64,000 bases of DNA from Marmoricola sp. (lineage in GTDB: Bacteria > Actinomycetota > Actinomycetes > Propionibacteriales > Nocardioidaceae), in contig JBQCHZ010000015.1 of the NCBI GenBank assembly GCA_051954195.1, positions 18,357 to 82,356 on the forward strand, read 5' to 3'. The translations under genes and the position numbers were made by a program. Each line of letters opens with the position of its first letter. The first letter of the stretch is position 1. Below are positions 56,298 to 64,000 of this stretch, in pieces. Below the pieces are notes generated by a model that had not been told where the DNA came from, searched no databases, and saw only the letters and a program-made list of their open reading frames with translations.

Positions 56298-56762
56298 TCA
56301 GCCCGCCTGCTTGCGGACCGGCCAGACGTAGTCGAGGTCGTCGGGCACGTCCGGGAACAGCGGCCGGTAGTGGTCGGGGTCCTTGCGGACCAGCGAGGAG
56401 CGGTGGCTGCGGTGGAAGGCCTCCTCGCCGAGCCACGGCGGCAGTGCGCCGGCTCGGGCGAGCTCGGCCTGGGTGCGGATCCCGGTGACACCGGCGGTCG
56501 CGAGGTCGGTCGCGATCGTCGCCGCGCAGGTGTCGCCGAAGCCGAGCTCGGTCCACACCGCGCAGGTGGTCAGGCCGTAGCGGCCCAGCGCCTCCTCGTA
56601 GCCCTTCCACATCAGCACCGCCGGGTGGTTGCGCCATCCGTAGCCCGGCACCACCAGACCGCGCACCACCTGGATCGTCTCCACGCGCTGCTTGCCCAGG
56701 CGCTTACGGTCGAGGGAGCGCGCGGAGCGCTCGAAGTCGGCGTACGGCAGGAAGGTCTGCAT
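56298..56762 (-). CDS. MSMEG_6728 family protein (pyrimidine-dimer glycosylase / T4 endoV-like fold)
   Basis: MQTFLP...LDRKRLGKQRVET...GWRNHPAVLMW...PPWLG...HRSHRSSL. Confidence 0.8.
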   Translation of the reverse strand: MQTFLPYADFERSARSLDRKRLGKQRVETIQVVRGLVVPGYGWRNHPAVLMWKGYEEALGRYGLTTCAVWTELGFGDTCAATIATDLATAGVTGIRTQAELARAGALPPWLGEEAFHRSHRSSLVRKDPDHYRPLFPDVPDDLDYVWPVRKQAG

Positions 56763-56816
56763 CGCCCTCAGCGTTCCCCCTGACAGCTGCCTGACACCAC
56801 CTCACGAAGGAGAACC

Positions 56817-57857
56817 ATGCAGGTCAACGCCTATGCCGCCCCCGCCGCCGGCGAGCCGCTCGCCCCGCTCACCATCGAGCGCCGCGAGGTCGGTCCCCAC
56901 GACGTGCTCATCGCCATCGAGTACGCCGGCATCTGCCACTCCGACATCCACACCGTCAACGGCGACTGGGGTCCGCAGCCCTTCCCCGTCGTGCCCGGTC
57001 ACGAGATCGTCGGGCGGGTCGCCGAGGTGGGCAGCGAGGTCACCCGCCACGCCGTGGGCGACCGCGTCGGCGTCGGCTGCATGGTCAACTCCTGCGGCGA
57101 GTGCACGAACTGCCGCAACGGCGACGAGCAGTACTGCCTGCGCGGCATGGTGGGGACCTACGCCGCCACCGACCGCGACGGCACGACCACCCAGGGTGGC
57201 TACTCGACCCACGTCGTGGTCGTCGAGGACTTCGTCCTGTCGGTCCCGGAGGGTCTCGACCCCGCCTCCGCGGCGCCGCTGCTGTGCGCCGGCATCACGA
57301 CGTACGCGCCGCTGAAGAAGTGGGGCGCCGGTCCCGGCACCCGGGTCGCGGTCGTGGGCCTCGGCGGCCTCGGCCACATTGCCGTCAAGATCGCGCACGC
57401 GATGGGCGCGGAGGTCACCGTGCTGTCGCAGTCGCTGAAGAAGCAGGAGGACGGGCTGCGGCTCGGCGCCCACGACTACCGCGCCACCTCCGACCCGGAC
57501 ACGTTCAAGCAGCTGCGTGGGTCCTTCGACCTGATCATCAACACCGTCAGTGCCGCGCTGGACATGAACGCCTACCTCGGCCTGCTCGCGGTCGACGGCA
57601 CGCTGGTCAACGTCGGTGCGCCGCCCGAGCCGCTGCCGGTCAACGCCTTCGCGCTCATCGGCGGCCGGCGCTCCTTCGCCGGCTCCATGATCGGCGGCAT
57701 CGCGCTGACCCAGGAGATGCTCGACTTCTGCGCCGAGCACGGCATCGGCGCCGAGGTGGAGGTCATCGGGGCCGACCAGGTCAACGAGGCCTACGAGCGC
57801 GTGCTCGCCTCCGACGTGCGCTACCGGTTCGTCATCGACGCCGCCACGCTCGCCTGA
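56817..57857 (+). CDS. Zn-dependent NAD(P) alcohol dehydrogenase (AdhC / CAD family)
   Basis: GICHSD, PGHEIVG, CGECTNC...[27 protein letters not shown]. Confidence 0.95.
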   Translation: MQVNAYAAPAAGEPLAPLTIERREVGPHDVLIAIEYAGICHSDIHTVNGDWGPQPFPVVPGHEIVGRVAEVGSEVTRHAVGDRVGVGCMVNSCGECTNCRNGDEQYCLRGMVGTYAATDRDGTTTQGGYSTHVVVVEDFVLSVPEGLDPASAAPLLCAGITTYAPLKKWGAGPGTRVAVVGLGGLGHIAVKIAHAMGAEVTVLSQSLKKQEDGLRLGAHDYRATSDPDTFKQLRGSFDLIINTVSAALDMNAYLGLLAVDGTLVNVGAPPEPLPVNAFALIGGRRSFAGSMIGGIALTQEMLDFCAEHGIGAEVEVIGADQVNEAYERVLASDVRYRFVIDAATLA

Positions 57858-57864
57858 GCCCTCC

Positions 57865-58317
57865 TCAGCGAGCGCGGGCGGCCTCGACGGCGCCGAGGAC
57901 CGCGCGGTACGCCGCCTCGGCGTCGCCGCCGACCTCGACGTGCACGGCGTCGAGCGGGTCCTCGCGCCCGCGCCCCTCGAACCGGGCGCGGGCGTGGCCG
58001 GGCGGTGCGGTCAGCACCAGCGGCAGGTAGGTGTGGCCGCCGTCGGCCGCGACCGCGCGCAAGGCGTCACGCTCGGCGTCGTGGAGGAGCATCTGGGGCA
58101 CGATGACGTCGTGTCCACCGCGGAGGTGGGCTCCGATCATCGCCAGCGCGACCGGGCGGACCAGCTCGCCGGCGCCGACGAAGTCGTGCTGCCAGCCGCC
58201 CACCATCGTGCGCAGCCGGTCGATGTCGCACGCCAGCACGCCGGGGTGCTCCTCGGCGTACCGGCGGGCGATGGTCGTCTTGCCCACCCCCGACGGGCCG
58301 TCGAGGTGGATCAGCAT
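57865..58317 (-). CDS. Small P-loop kinase / AAA_33 family protein
   Basis: MLIHLDGPSGVGKTT, then DIDRLR; ~150 aa. Confidence 0.75.
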   Translation of the reverse strand: MLIHLDGPSGVGKTTIARRYAEEHPGVLACDIDRLRTMVGGWQHDFVGAGELVRPVALAMIGAHLRGGHDVIVPQMLLHDAERDALRAVAADGGHTYLPLVLTAPPGHARARFEGRGREDPLDAVHVEVGGDAEAAYRAVLGAVEAARAR

Positions 58318-58340
58318 CGCCACGGGTCGGGCCCGTCGCC

Positions 58341-60293
58341 TCAGACGACGCTCAGCGGCAGCAGTTGCTGCCCGGTCGGGCCGACCTGGATGTCGGTGCC
58401 CATCTCCGGGCAGACGCCGCAGTCGTAGCAGGGCGTCCAGCGGCAGTCCTCGACGTCGATGCTGTCGGGGTCCAGCGCGTCCTCCCAGTCCTGCCAGAGC
58501 CAGTCCTTGTCGAGGCCCGAGTCGAGGTGGTCCCACGGCAGCACCTCGCCGTAGGTGCGCTCCCGCGTGGTGAACCAGTCGACGTCCACGCCGCCGCCCT
58601 CTCCGCTGGGCAGAGCGGCGAGCTGCTCCCGGGCGCAGGCGAGCCAGCGCTCGTAGGAGAAGTGCTCGCTCCACCCGTCGAAACGGCCGCCGTCGCGCCA
58701 CACCGCCTCGATGATCCGGCCCACGCGGCGATCACCGCGGGAGAGCAGTCCCTCGACGATGCCGGGCTTGCCGTCGTGATAGCGGAACCCGATGGCGCGG
58801 CCGTAGCGCTTGTCGGCGCGGACCACCTCCCGCAGCTTGCGCAGCCGCTCGTCGGTGGTCTCGGCGTCGAGCTGTGCGGCCCACTGGAAGGGCGTGTGGG
58901 GCTTGGGCACGAACCCGCCGATGGACACCGTGCAACGGATGTCGTTGCGTCCCGACACCTCGCGGCCCTTGGCGATCACCTGCTTGGCTAGCTCGGCGAT
59001 CTCGAGGACGTCCTCGTCGGTCTCGGTCGGCAGGCCGCACATGAAGTAGAGCTTCACCTGCCGCCAGCCGTGGGAGTACGCCGCGGCCACGGTGCGGATC
59101 AGGTCCTCGGCGGTGACCATCTTGTTGATCACCTTGCGCATCCGCTCCGAGCCGCCCTCGGGCGCGAAGGTGAGGCCTGAGCGCCGGCCGTTGCGGGAGA
59201 ACTCGTTGGCCAGGGTGATGTTGAAGGCGTCCACGCGCGTGCTGGGCAGTGACAGCGACACGTTGGCGCCCTCGTAGCGGTCGGCGAGGCCCTTGGCCAC
59301 CTCCGCGATCTCGGTGTGGTCGGCGCTGGAGAGCGAGAGCAGGCCCACCTCGTCGAAGCCGGAGGCGCGGATGCCGTTCTCCACCATGTCCCCGATGGTG
59401 GTGATCGAGCGCTCGCGCACGGGCCGGGTGATCATCCCGGCCTGGCAGAACCGGCAGCCGCGGGTGCAGCCGCGGAAGATCTCCACGCTGAACCGCTCGT
59501 GCACGGTCTCGGCCAGCGGCACCAGCGGGGTGCGCGGGTACGGCCAGGAGTCGAGGTCCATCAGGGTGTGCTTGCGCACCCGGTCGGGGATGCCCGGCCG
59601 GTTGGGGACCACCGGCAGCAGCGCGCCGTCGTCGTCGTAGGCCACGTCGTAGAAGCGCGGCACGTAGACCCCGCCGCTCACCGCGAGGCGCCGGAGGAGC
59701 TCGTCGCGACCGCCGGGACGGCCCTCGCCGATCCACTCCCGCGCGACCTCGGTGATCGCCAGCACGACCTCCTCGCCGTCGCCGAGCACCGCGGCGTCGA
59801 TGAAGTCGGCGATCGGCTCGGGGTTGAACGCGGCGTGGCCGCCCGCGATCACCACCGGGTGGTCCTCGGTGCGGTCGGCGGCCTGCAGCGGGATGCCGGC
59901 GAGGTCCAGCGCGGTCAGCATGTTGGTGTAGCCGAGCTCGGTGGCGAAGGAGATGCCGAGGAAGTCGAACGCCCCGACCGGCCGGTGGCTGTCGACGGTG
60001 AACTGCGGGATGTCGTGCTCGCGCATCACCGCCTCCAGGTCGGGCCACACCGCGTAGGTGCGCTCGGCCAGCGCGTGATCGGACTCGTTGAGCACCTCGT
60101 AGAGGATCTGGACGCCCTGGTTGGGCAGCCCGACCTCGTAGGCGTCGGGGTACATCAGCGCCCAGTGCACCGGCACCGCGTCCCAGTCCTTGCTGACCGA
60201 GTTCAGCTCGCCGCCGACGTACTGGATCGGCTTCGAGACGCTCGGTAGCAGCGGCTCGAGGGCAGGGAACAGCGACGCGGGGGCAGCGGGCAT
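58341..60293 (-). CDS. TIGR03960 family B12-binding radical SAM protein
   Basis: KPIQYVGGELN, YPDAYEVGLPN, FATELGYTN, RGCTRGCRFCQAG (CxxxCxxC), GLTFAPEGGS, LPWDHL; leaderless TACCAT 7 nt before ATG 60293. Confidence 0.92.
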   Translation of the reverse strand: MPAAPASLFPALEPLLPSVSKPIQYVGGELNSVSKDWDAVPVHWALMYPDAYEVGLPNQGVQILYEVLNESDHALAERTYAVWPDLEAVMREHDIPQFTVDSHRPVGAFDFLGISFATELGYTNMLTALDLAGIPLQAADRTEDHPVVIAGGHAAFNPEPIADFIDAAVLGDGEEVVLAITEVAREWIGEGRPGGRDELLRRLAVSGGVYVPRFYDVAYDDDGALLPVVPNRPGIPDRVRKHTLMDLDSWPYPRTPLVPLAETVHERFSVEIFRGCTRGCRFCQAGMITRPVRERSITTIGDMVENGIRASGFDEVGLLSLSSADHTEIAEVAKGLADRYEGANVSLSLPSTRVDAFNITLANEFSRNGRRSGLTFAPEGGSERMRKVINKMVTAEDLIRTVAAAYSHGWRQVKLYFMCGLPTETDEDVLEIAELAKQVIAKGREVSGRNDIRCTVSIGGFVPKPHTPFQWAAQLDAETTDERLRKLREVVRADKRYGRAIGFRYHDGKPGIVEGLLSRGDRRVGRIIEAVWRDGGRFDGWSEHFSYERWLACAREQLAALPSGEGGGVDVDWFTTRERTYGEVLPWDHLDSGLDKDWLWQDWEDALDPDSIDVEDCRWTPCYDCGVCPEMGTDIQVGPTGQQLLPLSVV

Positions 60294-60346
60294 GGGTCCC
60301 ATGGTAGGGCGGCGACCCGGGCGGTCCCCAATCTCCGCCTGCCCGC

Positions 60347-61528
60347 TCAGCGGAGCAGCCGGTCGGAGCGCCGGTGGATGTTCAGCAGCAGCCCGACGGC
60401 CATCAGCGAGGCGAACATCGAGGAGCCGCCATAGGAGACCAGCGGCAGCGGCACGCCGGTGACGGGCATGATCCCCAGGCACATGCCGATGTTCTGGAAG
60501 GCCTGGAAGGCGAACCAGCAGGCGATGCCCGCCGCGGCGACGCGGCCGAAGAGATCCTCGGCCTGGGCGGAGATCCGCAGCGCCCGCCACAGCAGCACGC
60601 CGAACAGGGCGATCAGCACACCGGCGCCGACGAGCCCGAGCTCCTCGCCGGCGACGGTGAACACGAAGTCGGTGTGCTGCTCGGGCACGAAGCCCGACCG
60701 GGTCTGGGAGCCGTGGAAGAGCCCCTGCCCGAACAGCCCGCCGTTGCCGATGGCGATGCGGGCCTGGGTGGTGTTGTAGCCGGCGCCGCGCGGGTCGAGT
60801 GCGGGGTTGGTGAACGCCATGAAGCGGTCGACCTGGTACTGCTTGAGCACCCCGGTCGTCACCACCAGCGCAGCGGCGGCGACCCCACCGGCGAGCAGGG
60901 TGAGCAGCCAGCGCCGCGAGACCCCTGCCACGGCGAGGACGCCGAAGACCGTGGCCGAGAGCACCAGCATCGTGCCGAGGTCGGGCTGCAGCAGGATCAT
61001 CACCGTGGGCACGCCGGCGATGCCGAGCATCAGCAGCACCTCGGTCGTGCCGACCCGGCCCCGGCGTCGCGACGCCTCGGTGCGCTCGGCCACGACCAGG
61101 GCCATCCCGATGACCACGGCGAGCTTGGCGAACTCCGCCGGCTGCAACGACATCCCGCCGAGCATCAGCCACGAGCGCGAGCCGTTGATGGTCGAGCCCA
61201 TCACCAGCACGAGTCCGAGGCCGACCAGCGAGGCGAGGTAGACCAGCGGCGTCAGGATGCGCACCCAGCGGTGGTCGGTGACCACGACCGCCACGCACAG
61301 GATCAGCCCGATGGCGACGTTGACCAGTTGCTTGCGCAGGTACGCCGCCGGATGGCCGCCGGTGAGCAGGGTGTTGTGCGAGGTGGCCGACCAGACCAGC
61401 AGGACGCCGATCACCAGGATGCCGGCGGCGGAGGCGAGCAGGGGCCAGTCGAGCGTGGCCGTGCGGACGCGGGAGCGGGAGAGCGGCAGCCGGACGGCGC
61501 CGACGCGACTGGTGGGGACGACGGTCAC
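60347..61528 (-). CDS. rodA: Rod shape-determining SEDS protein RodA
   Basis: GSRSWL, LQPAEFAK, QPDLGT, GYNTTQA, PEQHTDFVF, TGVPLPLVSYGGSS. Confidence 0.95.
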   Translation of the reverse strand: MTVVPTSRVGAVRLPLSRSRVRTATLDWPLLASAAGILVIGVLLVWSATSHNTLLTGGHPAAYLRKQLVNVAIGLILCVAVVVTDHRWVRILTPLVYLASLVGLGLVLVMGSTINGSRSWLMLGGMSLQPAEFAKLAVVIGMALVVAERTEASRRRGRVGTTEVLLMLGIAGVPTVMILLQPDLGTMLVLSATVFGVLAVAGVSRRWLLTLLAGGVAAAALVVTTGVLKQYQVDRFMAFTNPALDPRGAGYNTTQARIAIGNGGLFGQGLFHGSQTRSGFVPEQHTDFVFTVAGEELGLVGAGVLIALFGVLLWRALRISAQAEDLFGRVAAAGIACWFAFQAFQNIGMCLGIMPVTGVPLPLVSYGGSSMFASLMAVGLLLNIHRRSDRLLR

Positions 61529-63672
61529 GAGCGGTGCGCCCCCTGACGGGCCTCGGTCGCCGGCGGCAGGATCGAGCCGTCGGCGGCGAAGACGGGCAGC
61601 CCTGCGGGCGGCAGCACCCCCGGGATGATCGAGGTCGACGGCTTCACGTCGGTGCCGTGCACGCCGTAGAGCGCCTCCCAGATCTTGCGGACCGCCGGTC
61701 CCGACGTACCGGAGCCGGTGCCGGCCTGGGTCACCATCATCACCACCACGTAGTCCTTGGTGTAGGTCGCCACCAGGGAGGTGGACTGCTTGCCCTGGAC
61801 CTCGGCCGACCCCGTCTTGCCGCGCACCTGCACGGTGTCGAGCGGGAAGCCGCCGAACTTCCAGGCCAGCGTGCCGGTCCGCGGGGTGCCCTTGAGCGCC
61901 TCGTCGACGTAGCGGAAGGCCGAGGCCTTCGAGCGCACGTGTCCCTGCACGACCGGCTTGATCTGCTTGACGACCTTCCCGGCGGGCGACACGATCGCGC
62001 GGCCCACCCGGGGCTCGTACAGCGTGCCGCCGTTGCTGATCGCGGCGTAGGCCCGCGCGAGCTGGAGCGGGGTCACCATCGTGTCCCCCTGGCCGATGGA
62101 GAAGTTGACGGCGTCGCCGGCGCGGTACTGGTAGCCCTCGAGGCAGAACTCGTGGGAGAAGAGCTTGAGGAAGGGCGTCTTCGCGGTGCCCTTGCGGTCC
62201 ATCCGGCAGTAGAAGCCCTTCATCGCCTTCCAGTAGGCGAGCTTCCAGTGCCGGTCGGCGATCCGGCCGCTCGCCTCACCGGGCAGGTCGATGCCGGTCT
62301 TGCGGCCGTAGCCGAACTGCTTGGCGATCGCGACCAGCGGGTCCTTGGCGTTGACGTTGGTGGGGTCGGAGCCGTACTTGTTCCAGAACGAGAGGCCCAC
62401 GCGGTAGAAGAACGTGTCGCAGGAGATCTGCAGCGCCTTGGCGAAGTCGATCATCCCGTAGGACTCCGACTCGTAGTTCTTGAACAGCCGGTTGCCCACC
62501 TGCAGGCCCGAGGAGCAGTCCAGCCGGCTCTGCGGGCCGTAGCCGTTGTTGAAGGCGCCGATCGTCATCTCGGGCTTCCAGGTCGACCCGGGGGCGAACT
62601 GTCCTTGGGTGGCGCGGGAGAGCAGCGGGGTGCCCGCCTTCGTGGAGTACAGGTGGGCCAGCTGCTTGGCCGTGATGCCGCCGACCCAGACCGAGGGGTC
62701 GTACGTCGGCTGGCTGGCCATCGCGACGATGCGGCCGTTGTGGGCGTCCATCACCACGACGGCGCCGCTGTCGGCCACGTAGTTCTTGTGGGAGACCGGG
62801 TCGTAGGTGTGCCGGGCGGTGAGGATCGTCTGGTGCAGCTGCTTCTCCACGACCGACTGCAGGTGCGCGTCGATCGAGGTCACCAGGGTGTCGCCGGGAG
62901 TGGCCCGGACGTGGCCGGCGTGCCCGAGCACCCGTCCCCGAGAGTCGACGGCGACCTGCCGGTAGCCGGGCACGCCCCGCAGCCAGCGGTCGTAGGACTT
63001 CTCCACGCCGGCACGACCGACCACGGAGGCGCCGTTGACGCTGGTGTCGTGGTCCTTCTCAGCGCGGGTGAGCTCGTCGGCGGTGATCGGGCTCAGGTAG
63101 CCCAGCAGGTGCGCGGCGTTGACCCCGAACGGCTGCGGGTAGGCGCGGACGGTGCGGGTGTCGACCAGCACGCCGGGGTAGTGCTCGGAGCGCTCGAGGA
63201 TGCGGACGGCATCGGCCTGCGGGACGTCGGTGGCGACGGGGACCGCCTGGAACGGGGAGCCGTTCCAGCAGCGGCCCGCCCGGGCGCCCGGCTCGCCGCA
63301 CAGCAGCGTGCGGGCGTGGACGAGCCGGTAGCGCTCCCCCACCGCGGCGGCCACCCGGTGCAGCAGGGCGCGCTGGTCGGCCGGAGCCATCCGGCCGAGG
63401 ACGGTGCGGTCGACGCTGACCACCCAGCTGGTGCGGTTGGCCACCAGGGGCCGGCCCTGGTCGTCGACGATGAGACCGCGGGCCGGCTGCACGACGATCT
63501 CGCGCAGGGACTGGTCAGCGGCCTGGGCCCGGTAGCCCTCGCCGGTGAAGACCTGGACGTACCAGAGCCGGGCGAACAGCGTCCCGAAGAGCGCCACCAC
63601 CAGCGCCTGCACCACGAACAGGCGCAGGCGACTCCTCTCCGACGGCGAGCGACGGACCGGGTCGGCGGCCAT
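61525..63672 (-). CDS. mrdA: Penicillin-binding protein 2
   Basis: N-terminal TM segment, ARGLIVD, PGSTWK (SxxK), ISCDTFF, GKTGSAE (KTG). Confidence 0.95.
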   Translation of the reverse strand: MAADPVRRSPSERSRLRLFVVQALVVALFGTLFARLWYVQVFTGEGYRAQAADQSLREIVVQPARGLIVDDQGRPLVANRTSWVVSVDRTVLGRMAPADQRALLHRVAAAVGERYRLVHARTLLCGEPGARAGRCWNGSPFQAVPVATDVPQADAVRILERSEHYPGVLVDTRTVRAYPQPFGVNAAHLLGYLSPITADELTRAEKDHDTSVNGASVVGRAGVEKSYDRWLRGVPGYRQVAVDSRGRVLGHAGHVRATPGDTLVTSIDAHLQSVVEKQLHQTILTARHTYDPVSHKNYVADSGAVVVMDAHNGRIVAMASQPTYDPSVWVGGITAKQLAHLYSTKAGTPLLSRATQGQFAPGSTWKPEMTIGAFNNGYGPQSRLDCSSGLQVGNRLFKNYESESYGMIDFAKALQISCDTFFYRVGLSFWNKYGSDPTNVNAKDPLVAIAKQFGYGRKTGIDLPGEASGRIADRHWKLAYWKAMKGFYCRMDRKGTAKTPFLKLFSHEFCLEGYQYRAGDAVNFSIGQGDTMVTPLQLARAYAAISNGGTLYEPRVGRAIVSPAGKVVKQIKPVVQGHVRSKASAFRYVDEALKGTPRTGTLAWKFGGFPLDTVQVRGKTGSAEVQGKQSTSLVATYTKDYVVVMMVTQAGTGSGTSGPAVRKIWEALYGVHGTDVKPSTSIIPGVLPPAGLPVFAADGSILPPATEARQGAHRS

Positions 63673-64000
63673 CTACGACAGCGCTCCCTCGGACGGCAGC
63701 CGTCCCAGCAGCGCGGCGAGCGCCGGCAGGAGGACCACCGCGAGGGCCACGTCCCAGGCGACGCCGATGCCGATCGCGCGCAGCATCAGGGCGGTGTCCG
63801 ATCCGGGCTCGCCGAGGACCAGGCCGCTCAAGGCGTAGAGCGAGGTCGCCACGAACGAGCAGGCGGCCACTGCGACCAGCGCCGAGACGCGCGAGGCCCG
63901 GGCGTCGGTGCGCACCCGGCCCGCCAGGAACCCCGCGACGACGAAGGCCAGCGCCCACCGGCCGGCGACCTGGTCGGCCGGCGGGGCGAGGTCGAGCAGC
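63673..64000 (-). CDS. mreD: Rod shape-determining protein MreD (5' part outside window)
   Basis: Hydrophobic ORF (DLAPPADQVAGRWALAFVVAG...) ending immediately before mrdA, the canonical mreD position. Confidence 0.8.
   Translation of the reverse strand, partial: LLDLAPPADQVAGRWALAFVVAGFLAGRVRTDARASRVSALVAVAACSFVATSLYALSGLVLGEPGSDTALMLRAIGIGVAWDVALAVVLLPALAALLGRLPSEGALS

Noticed and set aside
56763-56816. TGTCAG words upstream of the MSMEG_6728 gene as a PafBC/RecA-NDp promoter
   Set aside because: The required TANNNT at the 10-nt spacing is absent.

Overview
High-GC actinobacterial chromosome segment. The mreD-mrdA-rodA cluster, a DUF222-HNH gene, LexA/MsiK-type cis elements and many leaderless genes suggest a Nocardioides-like organism, but this is an inference. 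Core cell-shape genes (mreD partial, mrdA, rodA, TIGR03960 radical SAM) sit at the right end; the remaining ~58 kb looks like accessory metabolism and stress/defence genes. Main blocks, left to right: (1) an IclR-linked betaine-type ABC transporter operon with a formaldehyde-activating-enzyme (Fae) homologue and four oxidoreductases, two of them YgcW/YgcU-like; (2) a less GC-biased islet (~10.2-15.5 kb) with a Ca/H antiporter, a PD-(D/E)XK-motif protein and a MazG-like + GIY-YIG-nuclease/DUF2075-helicase pair, the best candidate for an undescribed anti-phage system; (3) paaX-echA4-aidB/fadE8, an SOS-box-controlled DUF222-HNH gene with a structured leader, and an AraC-VOC-class II UvrA triad; (4) MerR-SulP; (5) a raffinose-family sugar locus (GH36, amylosucrase, GH32-like, ABC transporter, MsiK with msiK RNA, LacI); (6) a lactone oxidase/PLP-enzyme pair, an Rv2466c-like protein, GNAT and JmjC genes; (7) a MazF-type toxin-antitoxin pair sharing a palindromic bidirectional -10 box with a DUF1905 gene; (8) a TetR-controlled lva/ACAD10-11-like operon extended by a phosphotriesterase-like lactonase; then mqo, adh and a MSMEG_6728-family gene. 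No rRNA, tRNA, CRISPR array or classical transposase/integrase was seen. All family calls come from motif recognition by eye; no searches or computations were run.
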